A stretch of 62,693 nucleotides of DNA, the filler included, from Sphacelaria rigidula (taxonomy: Eukaryota): the NCBI GenBank assembly GCA_964200075.2. It is 8 parts of 8 records of this genome, joined end to end, with 100 filler letters (N's around TTAATTAATTAA, not from the genome) between each part and the next. Parts side by side here need not be neighbours in the genome. Positions count along the whole stretch, not along the records: positions 31,399 to 39,147 come from CAXNAA020013579.1; positions 39,248 to 46,996 come from CAXNAA020013580.1; positions 47,097 to 54,845 come from CAXNAA020013581.1; 5 more parts are not named here. One strand, 5' to 3'. Of this stretch, positions 35,468-47,619 are shown in pieces. The notes under the pieces are model-generated. The model was not told where the DNA came from. It saw only the letters and a program-made list of their open reading frames with translations, and ran no database searches. Every line of letters starts with the position of its first letter. Positions within the stretch are counted from its first letter, which is position 1. The translations under genes and the position numbers were made by a program.

Positions 35468-35725
35468 GCGGCTGCAGAGCTCAGCAAGGGCAAAAATACG
35501 CCTCTTACGCAGAGACGGTCCGCGGGTGCCGCATCCGCAGTGTGGGGTTGGACACTGGGGTTGGTCGGGGGTGGAAGTGCTCCCGAGGAAAGTAACGCCG
35601 GTGCCGGGAACGGGAGTGGAGCTAAACGGGATGTGAACGCGCAGCAGCATCATGATCATTGCTTGTTCATGCTGCAATTATGCGGAGAGAATCTTTTCGG
35701 CATGAGCCACTTCCTAAGGGTCGAG
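35468..35725 (+). CDS. Exon of AVL9/DENN-type protein (...DHCLFMLQLCGENLFGMSHFLRVE)
   Basis: cag|...|gtgcgc, 258 nt open, phase 0/0. LFGxS resembles the uDENN xFGISC strand. Confidence 0.6.
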
Positions 35726-35759
35726 GTGCGCTGGGGATTCGTCGTTATTGTTGTTCTCC

Positions 35760-36025
35760 TGACGCCTTCTCCGATAGCCCCCCCCCCCCTCCAAGAAAAA
35801 ATGTGGCTGGTTTGGGGAGGCAAAACCTACACGTAAAATCGAAATAAAAGAAGCCGAGCACAACGAGCAGCTGGGAATTAATTCCCACGCTTGGGTTTGT
35901 TCTCGCCAATGTCGCTCATATGAGGCACTTCATGCAGCCTGAAACCAAACATCAAGTGCTGTACGATCAATTTTTCGTGACACTTTTCGGCTGGTCTTGG
36001 GGGGGGTTATCGTAGAAATGGTCTC
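35760..36025. mobile_element. MITE family with further fragments at ~7430-7660, 23550-23628, 31125-31260 and 39000-39147
   Basis: Shared core acgagcagctgggaa...gcctgaaaccaaacatca. Imperfect inverted ends containing cgata(g/a)cccc / ggggttatcg. Confidence 0.7.
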
Positions 36026-36129
36026 ATTGCTGGTATTACTATTAGAACTGATATTATGTCCGAGCTTCCGTACCCGAATTTAGTCAGAAAATGGGTTCCA
36101 TCAACAGTATAATGCTTCTTACCCCTCTA

Positions 36130-36340
36130 ATCTCGGTCGACGAGGGAAAGGGACTGCTGAATCCCTCTCGCGATAGAGAGAAAGAAGGCAGGCGCTGCAG
36201 AAGGAAGGTGGAGAACTGAAAAAAAAGAAGAAAACTGTGTTGGCCTTCCTCCTGTGTGACCCCGGTTGGTGCGCCCATATATACCGAAAGGTGTACACTG
36301 GCGTCCAGAATAGATAGGATGACAACACCACACACAACAC
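36130..36340 (+). mobile_element. SINE family 1, 5'-truncated copy
   Basis: Reverse complement of the 3' half of 27720-28104. Confidence 0.8.
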
Positions 36341-36509
36341 CCCTCTGTCCCCCTACTTTTTCTACCACAATGCTTTCGACTGTTGCGTGGAGGAAGGGTC
36401 CTAAGCATCCTACGATCGGGGGAGGGTCCTCATTTTTCTCTTGCCTTGGTCCTTTGACGGTTGACCACTCATCCCTTTCCGAGACGGAGCACCGTTCCTA
36501 CTTCTAATA

Positions 36510-37530
36510 GAGACGCTTCCAACATTTCGGCGCTCATTAGGTTCCTTCCGTACACCACACATGAACCTTTTTGCATATATATTTCCCCGACCTGTTTCGC
36601 CATCTGTGACCGCCATCTAACTCCTAGTGTAGCAATCGCCTTCTCCCTATTGTCAAATGTGTGAGACGATTTCATGCCACCTTCGTTTACTCCCCACATT
36701 TTCCCCTCCAACACGTCCCCTTCCTTCCGGTATAGTTCACACGCTACCACGATATGAGTTCTACTATTCTTTGCTTTGCCACAGGGGCAAGTCTGTGCAT
36801 CTGCTTCCTCCTCTACTCGACTACTGATATATCTCTTCCTTCTTTCTGCAAAGTCCAGGTTCCCTACTCGATATCACAGTCTCAACTTTTTCGCGGATAG
36901 TCCAGTTCGCCATGCAAATATGTTTCTGTTCCTTAGTCTTCTCTCCACCCCCCATATATCTTCAGGTGCTATTCCTTGTCTACTTTCCGTCTCAGCATCT
37001 CGTTTCCCCTTGTTTCTATCATGTCTCTTGGTTTTGTTTCTTACCCCTCGCATTCAACTATCGACAGTATTTCGTCTTTGCTTCCACCTATGTCCTTCCA
37101 TACTTTCTCGGCTACTGTATCCCGCCTAATTCCGGCCCGCCCTTCCGTCATTTTCTTCCATACAGCGCTATCAGCTATGGCGGCGGGCAATCCATTTAAT
37201 TGCATGCTCTTTACGCCATATTCCCATTCCGATTTTCTCATGTCTCTATTTGTTTCAAGTAGGCACATTCCCAAATCTGCTCTCAATGCTATATTACTCG
37301 TTGTTTTTGAGCATCCAAGTACTTCTTTAGCTGCTGTAATCTGTACTGTTCCCAGCTTCTTCACCAACTTCACGTTCCCCTCCCATATTTCTCCGGCATA
37401 TTTCAGCTTTGATAAAATCACGTTCATCAGGATACATCTCTTAATCGTAGTATTTAGGTGCGAGTCTCCGAGGACCACATCCATCTTACCTATCTGTGCC
37501 TTACCCTTCTCTATTACTTTATTTGATCGG
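36510..37530 (-). mobile_element. 5'-truncated, decayed non-LTR retrotransposon (C-terminal part of ORF2)
   Basis: Translation KRCILMNVILSKLKYAGEIW...QITAAKEVLGCSKTTSNIALRADLG is typical of the LINE post-RT region. Stops downstream. Confidence 0.8.
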
Positions 37531-40500
37531 GGGGGGGGCGGTGATTGCACGAAATAAGGGGGTCGATAAGCTCGTGGCGTGTGTTGCGTGACCCTACAGA
37601 CTGGTCGAGATAGGCCTGCACATGGGGTGAAGCCATCGTCGAGCGGCATAAATGTGTACAGAGTGTCGACATCAAGAGCTTTCACGAAAACAAAAAGCTG
37701 CTTCTGCTTGCAGCGACACAATTCAAGGTGCCTTCTTCGTGTAAGGGGTATTATTAAAGGTCTGATTCACTGGGAATTTTTATTCTTCACTTTTTTCTCG
37801 AAGGTTGGGATTTTTTTCCAGACTTGTCTAAAAAAAACGATTGATCTATTGTCTGTCCTGTTGAAAAAATCTGCTCTCTCATTTTTCTGATACTTTTTTT
37901 TTCTGTAATTTGGAGATCTAGTCGGCGGGGGGACCCGTTAGTAATACTATTCAAAGAGGGCCTAGAGACACATATCATAGGATCACCCTTATTGAGCATT
38001 CAGTATCCAATTGGGGTGCTGAGATGAGTACAAACACGGTGCCGGGGCCGGGGCAGGGACGTACTGCTATTCTCCGTGCCGAGGGAAATGGAAATATTTA
38101 GGCGTGTTGAGGCAAGCTGCTGCCGCTTCGCTTCAATTAATATCGCAAAGTGCAGTCATTTCCCCCTCCCTCAGGGTGGAGGTGCGCGGCGTATTCCGAT
38201 CATTTTTTTTGTCATTGTTTTTCGCTTCTTTCAAGATCTGACTTCCATCTTCAAGGTGGTTTCGTCGAAAAGCACGAGTATCCTCATTCCTTTTTTTTAT
38301 CTCAACTTTTTCTATTCCAGAAGCTACGAGGAGGAAGTATCCTAGGATGCGGGTATATCTCAGTTGATGCTGAGATCAGTACGAACACGGCGCCATGGCT
38401 CGAGGTGGACTACGAAATATTGTCATCCTTCTCACTGATAAAAAAACAGTCAAATACGTGTCGAAACAAAAATACAGTAATCTCGCTTCGGTGTGTACCC
38501 CCAAGTTGTCATTTTCCATTTTCTTGTGATCTTGCGGCGAGTATTCTTTCATACATACATGCATATATACATATATATGACCTAGATGGCTGTTAGAAAT
38601 TCCAACCGGGCCTCAAAAATGTAGGATGTTCGGTGAAAAATAAGTGCGTGGGATCTTCCCGATCGAAACAACAGCATGCGCCTGAGAGATCTCACCTTAG
38701 CTGAAAATTAGGGGGTTAGACTATTCTCTGCAACTGCACCTAAATATTTGAAACGAGGGGGGGAGTGAAGTCACAGTAGCGTTTTTGTGAGAAGTGCTTT
38801 TATTTTATTTTATTGCGTCATACCTCTCTGCAAATCCGTTCCCTTACAAGGTTAGTCAGTGTACAGTAGGAGATTGATGGATCGGACCAGGCGGGGTTGA
38901 GTCAGTATGGCATTCTGTCTTCTGTGGAGAGGTGGTTGGTGAAGTCGCGTTAAAGTGACTTTGTGCGAAAAAATGAAAGCGTGCGTGCGTGCGTGCGTGC
39001 GTATGATGTTTGGTTTCAGGCTGCATGAAGTGCCTCATATGAGCGACATTGGCGAGAACGAACCCAAGCGTGGGAATTCCCAGCTGCTCGTTGTGCTTGG
39101 CTTTTTGCATTTCGATTACATGAAGGTCTTACCTCCCCAAACCATGCNNNNNNNNNNNNNNNNNNNNNNNNNNNNNNNNNNNNNNNNNNNNTTAATTAAT
39201 TAANNNNNNNNNNNNNNNNNNNNNNNNNNNNNNNNNNNNNNNNNNNNGATCGCATAGAAACTGATCTGTCCGACGTGTGAACTCCTTAAAACGGCGTGAA
39301 GTTTTGCCGATGAGTGTTTTTGGATTTTTTCCCCGTAAACCAGCCTGTAGGTGAAACATCAATTTTGGGGAGGTTTAGGCCAAAATTTGTGTTTCACCTA
39401 GGGCCCCGACATTTCGGTTATCGAAATCCAAGTTTGTATGGCGTGTAGTAGTTGTCAATAGCTATCAGCGAGTAAAGAAATGGAAGCATACTTCGAAGAT
39501 TTGGTGTGGACACGAAGATTTCAACCCCCCGGGTTTTCACCCCCAATAAAAGATCCATCTCCAATTATTTGTAGAATCCCGTGTTTACGTCTGGTGTGAG
39601 CACACGCTCACGCTCACACTCCCAACCCATACAGGCTACCGAATCTCAAACAACTAGTGAATTGTCAGACAAGACTTGCAACGAGTTGAGACGACAAACC
39701 TACTCCGCTCAAATAATCTATGCAGCTACTGTGGAGACTAACGTAGTACGCGAGTTTAACGAGTCTTTTTACATCGATAGAATGATGCCTGATGTTGCTC
39801 ACAACTTCCGGGTGAACTCTTGCGTCGAATACATTTACACGGTTAGCAACACGCAGCTTCAGCTTCCGGATGGACAGAGTACTACTGTGTCATTGTACCT
39901 TCCACGTACAAGGAAGCAATGAAACTTTCTCAAGCAGAGAGATGGGCAGCTGCGATGACCAAGGAGATGGGCAGCCTTCGAATTAACAGGGTTTACGGCC
40001 TAGTTTCACAACACAAAATCCCGACTGGCCTGGAAAGCGTCGGCTCCAAATGGGTTTACAAGATCAAGTCTGGAAACACTTCCAAGGCTCCAGTAGTTGG
40101 ACAGGGCTGGGGACAGGAGGGCGGACGCGACTGTGGAAAGATCGACTCACCGGTGTGCCGCATACAAAGCATTCGTATGATATCAGCAGTGACAGCTGCG
40201 TTGGACTTGGACGTCATTCAACTCGATGTTCAAACGGCACTCCGGAATGTACGGCTGGAAGGGGACGCATACGTGCGATTACGACCTGGTTTCGAGTAGA
40301 AGGACCCTGCGACAGGTTTTCCTCTCGTTATGAAGCGTCGTCGTTCTATGTATGGACTCCGGCAGTCGCCTCAAACCTGGCAGGTTACTATGGACAAATA
40401 CCCGGGGCGGATTGAATTTGTGGCTCTCAAGTCCGACCCGTGTGTATATATTTACATTTCGAAGCACTTGGATGAGTTGACGGCTTTGGAAACGGAAATG

Positions 40501-40591
40501 CAAGAACAAGTCTCCGCTATTCTCACACTGTATGTGGATGACCTATGAATCGCGCGCTGTAAAGGACAGGAAGATTTTCTATATGCTCAAA

Positions 40592-41631
40592 CAGGGGGCA
40601 GCGAAAAACAATTCAGGACAAGTAGGCCCCAAGATCTCAAATTTGAGTTATTGAGGGGGGGGGGAACCCAACCGTGTGTCCCCTGGTTTATTGCCGAAGC
40701 GTTGGCGGGTGCCGTCAGCTGCCGTGGACAGTAGATATCCTCATATATTATATAATATATTATTATATTGTATATGATTTTAAATGTAATATATATGATA
40801 TGATGTATTATGTCTTATGTATAGTATATTTTGTGCTATATAATATAATATAATATAATATAATATAATATATAATACATATTATATTATATAACACATA
40901 TCGTATATATAAATCTATGTCAAGGGGTAGTATATAATATATGTACATGTATCATTTCACATGTTTCATCACTTTTGCCGAGTTTTCTCCGGCGGCAAGG
41001 CATCTTATCCCGCGCTTTCTTTTGCAGCGCACGAAGAAGGCATAGCGGTACATTACCGTTCAGGTTTGGGCGTCATCTGATACCTGTGGCGCGTGTTCTG
41101 GCCACCGAAAGTTGCCCAAACTGGCTCTTTTTCGCAGGGTGTCGATCCCGAACCACAATAGCCATTTCAAGGCCATGAAAATCTTCAAACGGGAACCTTG
41201 TATTATATATTATATAACACACATGCTATCTTATATTCTATGTAGCATATACCATATACCAATATAAAAAGGAGCAGAAGCAAATATACACCCCGCAAAG
41301 CCCACCAGACCTTTCGGATTTTGTCAATGTCCATTGATCAATTTATTGCGACAAAGTTAACAGAAACAATATCCAAAAAATCAGGATAATTTTCGGAAAA
41401 AATGCCACCCGACACCTGAGGCCATCGGGACAGAGCGGGCAAGGAGCAGAAGCAGATATGTGAACCCCGCAAAGCCCACCAGACGTTTCGCTTCTTGTCA
41501 GTGTTTCTTGATCAATTTCTAGCGACAAAGTTGACAAAAAAAATCATGACAATATCCGAAAAAATGCCCTCCGGGGTGTGTGGGGGGTGTGGGGGGCTTC
41601 GTGTCGCATCTTTTACCCGCGCTGCCCCCTG
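40592..41631. mobile_element. Non-autonomous hAT-like element inserted in the Copia RT
   Basis: Perfect 12-bp TIR cagggggcagcg / cgctgccccctg with GCTCAAA duplicated on both flanks. AT-rich core. Confidence 0.85.
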
Positions 41632-41830
41632 GCTCAAACGAAAATTAATGACCAAGTTTAAAATGACCGATTCGGGCAACGTATCCTTAGTTCTGGGGAT
41701 GCAGGTCACGCGGATCAGCGCTCCAGGACACTTCACCACAAATCAATCAGCGTACACCAAGGGCATTCTACAACGATTCGGTATGGATAAGTGCAGCCCA
41801 GCAATCACACCCGGAACTGGTCCCGAGATT

Positions 41831-42290
41831 TAACACTATATTCGTGAGATTCAGAGGGTAGTTTCCGATTCAGAGTGAGACCCGAAACAATCGACTTTCC
41901 CGTCGATTTTGACATCGCNNNNNNNNNNATGCGCCCAGCTGGTGAAGCGGTGGCTTCCATGAAAGCTGTCACCTACACGATCAATTTGACACATCACTGG
42001 ATCGCAACGACGTAGTCAGTCCATTACAACAAAAGATCTCCCCTTTCAGGAAAAACCGATTAGTGCCTGAAACAGTTTCAGTTCCGAAATGCTCCCCCCA
42101 GGCGTAAAAATACTTTGTGCGGTATCTCACTAACCAGACCGCCGAATTCATCAAATGGGGTACTGTACGGTAGCTGCATGCACAGCACGTGTGCTCAAGC
42201 AAGAAAAAAGAGAAACGTTTCCTGTTAGGAACGCTAGAGCATCCACTCTGAATCTGAAACTATCCTCTGAATCTCACGAATATAGTGTTA
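41831..42290. mobile_element. TIR element (TAACACTA.. termini, CACTA-like) inserted in the Copia RT
   Basis: ~47-bp TIR taacactatattcgtgagattcagag... / ...ctctgaatctcacgaatatagtgtta with a 2-3 bp TSD. Removal restores GPEISIKQ. Confidence 0.85.
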
Positions 42291-43399
42291 TTTCCATCAA
42301 ACAGCTAGTGGAAAAGCTGCTAAACGAGGAGGACGCAAAACGATATCAACCAATTGTTGGCTCAGCCATGCATCTGGCACAAGTAACTCGCTATGATACC
42401 CAGTACGCTGTCAACCAGCTAGCTCGAGCCATGGCTGCGCTCACAATTCAACACTGTACCTATCTATCTAGACAACACAGCAACACTTCAAGTGAATGTC
42501 AACCGTATTTTCACCGGAAGGACAAAACATATTGCTTTGTGTTTTTCTTCATAAGGGAATTGGTGGAATCTGGGAAGATCACAGTTCATTCCATTGAAAT
42601 AGAGAATCAAATACCTGACATTGGAACAAAGTTCCTTTCAACTCGGAGGTTCCGTCACCTTATGAATATCATCAAGAACTTTAACAAGTGACGAAAAGCT
42701 TGAAAGAGGGAGCCAGTTTGGGGCGGAGGAGCATGCCCTTTGTGTCTTGCCCTGTGCGTCTTCTTTTTTTGTAGCCTTTGCGTCTTATTTGTGAAAAGAA
42801 AAATCTGATTGAACGAACACCGATGTGACTGTTCAAGCAATCAAGAAGAAGACAGCGCCGACCACAAAAGCACGACTGACACAGAGTGGATAGCTGACCG
42901 TAGCAGTCGTGTTACTAGGTTCACGTGTGAATATTTTAATTTGCTGCCTGTAAGCACGGGTTGCCACTGGGGTGCCTGTAACCTCCAATTTGTACGTTAC
43001 AGACCTTGTGCAACGTCTGTAGCGTCGAAATCTGAGCTTGCAGGCACCCCAGTGGTCACCCGTGAGCACTTGCAAATTAGTCAGGTTTTGGTGTGTTTAA
43101 TGTGAGCATATTGTGTGTTACCTCATTGAAGTTGTACTGATGTTGTTAATTGAAGATGATTGTCATGGTATTTGCAGGGGCTGGTCTCGGGATCTGCGAC
43201 CTCGGGCATACATGCCTCCGAGTAAAGCAACGTTTGGATATGAATCTTTGATTTGGCCGCTGAGGAATGCCAGCTTGTCGGAAGACCCAAATTGATGTTT
43301 CGAATGAGCAGTCGATACGAGATACGAGTTTTATGATTGATTAGTGTCTTGTCTCCACGTGGATAGTTCATGTGCACAACACATAGCGTTCCCGGAACG

Positions 43400-46300
43400 T
43401 TCGTTGGATGGAGGAGTCCTGTCATCTGCTTTTTCGAGTCTGTATCATGACTTGACAGGGAAATAATTCGGGCGTAAGATAGTTCCATGTAGTTCGCTCA
43501 GTCTCATCATGGGCACTCTATCTTGGACCCAGGACATGATCAGCTTTTGCCACCGTTGCTCTGAGTTCCAAGTGAGTCTTTACCAGTGAGCTCAATAGTC
43601 GTGGGGAAACTATTAGCGCTGCTTCGTATTGCAAACTACAAAAAAGGGGTAACTCATTCTGTGAACATCTGGATTTGAACTGCTTCACTGTGGTTTGGAT
43701 TCTCTTGGTTGGGTTGTTTTTGCACAGCTGCATTGCACCAGACACACACGACTCGAACCTCTGTTCGTGAGAACGTATCAGGGCAAGGTGTACTGAGGCT
43801 GCCTTCTCGAAGGCGACTAGGCCAAGTACATAGTATATGGGGCTTCAGCTGGGATTTTATTTTCTTGTCCATCACACGAGTACAGCGCTTCCGGTTGAGT
43901 AACACGCGTCACGTTTTCCCGCGCAACCCTGGTGTAGGAGTAACCTCTCACGTGCCGACCGAAGCTTGCGGGTCAATTCCGTCTAGTTCCACCTCACAAA
44001 AGTGTTGTACACACACAGGCGTTCAGCGGCAGTGCTATTTTTCACCCCGCAGGTATGCGCCCCGTCTCCTGAGTGTGTGATTTTTCACGTGGAGTTTTGA
44101 TACGAGTACACCTTGGAGCATGCTTTACCCAGCCCAGCCGGCTGGGGGGTGTAACCACGTGTGTTTAGTAGTCTGTCCATCAAACACCTTTATTCCAATC
44201 ACAAATTGCGATTTCCAGCAGCGCATACAAGTTGTAGTGCTTGGATCCATACCCCGTTCGAGCCACCGGCTCTTCGGTTTGAAATCTCCAGGTTCCCACA
44301 TGCAGTATACCAGCATACGAATGACCAGCGCTCCCACTTTCGTAGTGTGAGTACAATTTCGAGAGGAGGCGCTCGTGAAGTATGGGAAACTCTGTACTGA
44401 TTGAAACCATCATGCGCACGAACACCATTCAGATCGCACGCGTCGGAAACCCGAGTTAATCACACCTCCGCACCTATGTAGCGTACGGATGGATGTTTTT
44501 CAATTTCGGGTTGTTCTTCAATGTACTACGAGCTGTCTGTCAAGGCATGTATTGCATACACTTCCTCGATATACCGCTCGAACTATAATGAACTTCCCCC
44601 CAGCGTGACAAACATCCTTCCAACGCGTGAGTAATGCAGTGGTATTTTGTGATTGAACAACCACTACGGTATTTCGAAATCGATACCATCAAAGGATTAT
44701 CACCGATGAACTTGCACCGCGATGCCTATTCGAAGTGAGGGCCACAAAGGTTGGTCGCCGAGGTTCCAAACGCCCTTACCAGCAACCGCACGTGCTCCCA
44801 TACACACCAGACTGTATCCACTACCACCGTAGTCAGCCCAGTACTTCGCGCCAGCGTACCATCAGAAACGCGATCCTGACAACCCCGTGTACCACCCGAC
44901 ACGTTTTTACTAAAACCTGTCCGGAGTGCAAAATGGTGGTCGGATGCCTTCATGACGATGCCCGAAATCACGGTGCCAGTCTCCGTACTTGATGGCAGGC
45001 CCGGTCTTTGATACACAAAGAAAGAAAAAAAAACACAGCCTGAAGAAACTCTCCTCTCAGCCGCTGGTGATCAATCGTTCCACGAGAATGAACCCAAGCC
45101 AACCACGGCTCCCGACCACACCCCAAAACGTAACGGTGCGGGATAATTTCATGTAACGCGGCCAGCAGCCCCGCACATCAAAACCGAGTAAACGTCGGCC
45201 GGCGCTAGCTCAGGCTTGTGGTGTGAGTACAACGGGTCCGATCAGTCCTGGGTCAAGGGTCCCACTCGGGCAAGATCCCGCGAAATGATGCGTGTATGTA
45301 ACTCTCACGGTGAAGAATTGTGTTGTTCCATCATTGGAATTGATCACTCTAGTGTACCACTTCATAGTTCAAACTATTGGCAGCTACCTCCTCCCCGACC
45401 ACCGGGGTGGGAGGCCACATTTTCTGCAGGTACCCACACGCCAAGAGAGAAGCTGTCTCGCGGTATTGTGTTGCTGCTTCTACGGCTATCCACCATAGGG
45501 TACATGTCAGCCCAGATGTCCACAGGGCGTTGGGTTCCTTTGCAGTCGAGCATAGTTATTCCACTGTGGAGCATGACCACGGGGAATACTCACTTTTCGT
45601 TGCTCCACGGGTTGGAGAAGGATCCCCGGCAGTAACCCGGTCGGCAAGCCAAGAACTCACACCGTCAAGAATACTCCCGAGAACTTCCCAACAGCGACAG
45701 GTCATGACAGTACGCTTCAGGTATAGGATGTCCCGCTACCGCCCTCTGCCCCCCCCATTGCCTCCCCCATCGCCCCCTGAGCCAGCACCAACAAAGAGGT
45801 CGAGGCGGAACGTGTTGAGCCACAAGTCCACCCTACCTACTGTCAGTTCGTTGTCGCGTTCACGTGCGGGTCCGCCACTGGCGACCTCCCACCACGACAG
45901 TCTCACGCGAGTGGCAGACGATTCGTCCCCTGTAGTTCCAAGTGCGGCCCCCGACAACGTGTCTCCCGATAAATCCGAGGAGACCATGTCTATTTCCAAG
46001 CATATGTGTTGATGTTTCGGATGTGAGTTCCGCGGATGTAGACACAGGAACCACGTCTGACGGCAATAACCCGTCGCCCCTTTTGTCCACTACTGTAGAT
46101 GATAGACTGCCCTGTGTCTAGGGCGCTTCCAATTTCAATTTATTTCGGTGTTCGTGACGTTGCCGTCTCGGACTTCGGCGGTGAAACCGTAGTGGTCTCG
46201 GCTGGGCCCTTCTACTCTAAAGTGGAAAGGTCTGCCCATAACGTATTGTGTAATTTACACGTGGTATCTATCTTCCATGGTTCGGACGAATCATCGCCGA

Positions 46301-46500
46301 TTTGAATAACCAAATCCACGATTTCTTAGGCCTGATTGCTCGAAAGAAAAAAAAAAANNNNNNNNNNCAAGCAGGTCTCCACGCAACTTTTGCGCCATTC
46401 CACGTGCCTGGGCTACGCGTACCTGGGTTGCAACGCTGAAAACAAAGCCTAAGGATTGATTCGTACGGTACGAATCAATTACACTAAAAATTGAATGATT
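43400..46500 (-). mobile_element. Highly decayed Ty3/gypsy-like gag-pol relic
   Basis: Degenerate fragments in gypsy order on -: zinc-knuckle-like (~46090), RT-like (~45000-44500), LTRVSDACD (RNase H TDAS-like, ~44450), HQG...MDKKIK (integrase zinc region, ~43900). Many stops. Confidence 0.45.
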
Positions 46501-47244
46501 TCCGGACGAATCATTCATTCGTCCAACCCTTGCTATCTTCGTACGGTAGGCAGTGGAGGGACTGGTGAACTCGTTTCAGTGCCAAAACGCCCAGATATTT
46601 ATCATAATGTAAATGCTTCGTTTTGTATCTCGTTTGAATCACGTGTTTCATACTGCCTGTACTGCAGTATGGTTGCGTCGTAGCATTCCCTGACAAAATC
46701 TACGCTTCCCGCGCGTCGTACACAGTTCATGATAACCAGAACATGTCGGTGGCGTACATATAATGCGTATCCCTTTTTGAACTGGTACGGTATATACTAT
46801 TTGGTTCAAGACGCAGCATGCGGGGGTTCTATCGAAAAACAACACTGGTTCACCACAATCCAAGTGCAACGACGATGGACTCGCTGGCATCTCTTCTGCG
46901 TGTTTTCGAAAAAAGCGTGATGAAACATGAGAGTCATCCAACGATAGGGGGGGGGTATTTGGTTGCACGAAAAACGAGGCTCATAAGTGTGGCAGANNNN
47001 NNNNNNNNNNNNNNNNNNNNNNNNNNNNNNNNNNNNNNNNTTAATTAATTAANNNNNNNNNNNNNNNNNNNNNNNNNNNNNNNNNNNNNNNNNNNNAAAC
47101 GGGTATGGTTTATGTACAAAAAAAAAAAAACAACCACACCAGATTTCCCAACCCCGGCCCCCCCCCCCCCCCCCCCCCCCCGTCCTCCTCCCCTCCCCTC
47201 CCCTCCCGTAAAAACACCTGGGGAATCACACGACCACTTTTTCA

Positions 47245-47619
<375 letters not shown>

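Larger units (their letters stand above)
39880..42691 (+). mobile_element. Decayed Ty1/Copia pol (RT and RNase H end) split by two DNA-element insertions
   Basis: SKWVYKIK, QLDVQTA, MYGLRQSP, DPCVY and LYVDDL (39919-40548); KFKMTDSG..LGMQV (41632-41830); YAVNQLAR and FFFIRELV..DIGTK (42291-42691). Confidence 0.92.

Noticed and set aside
37600..37730. Further exon of the DENN-like gene (TGRDRPAHGVKP...)
   Set aside because: There is a plausible acceptor and open frame, but no recognisable DENN motif and an uncertain donor.
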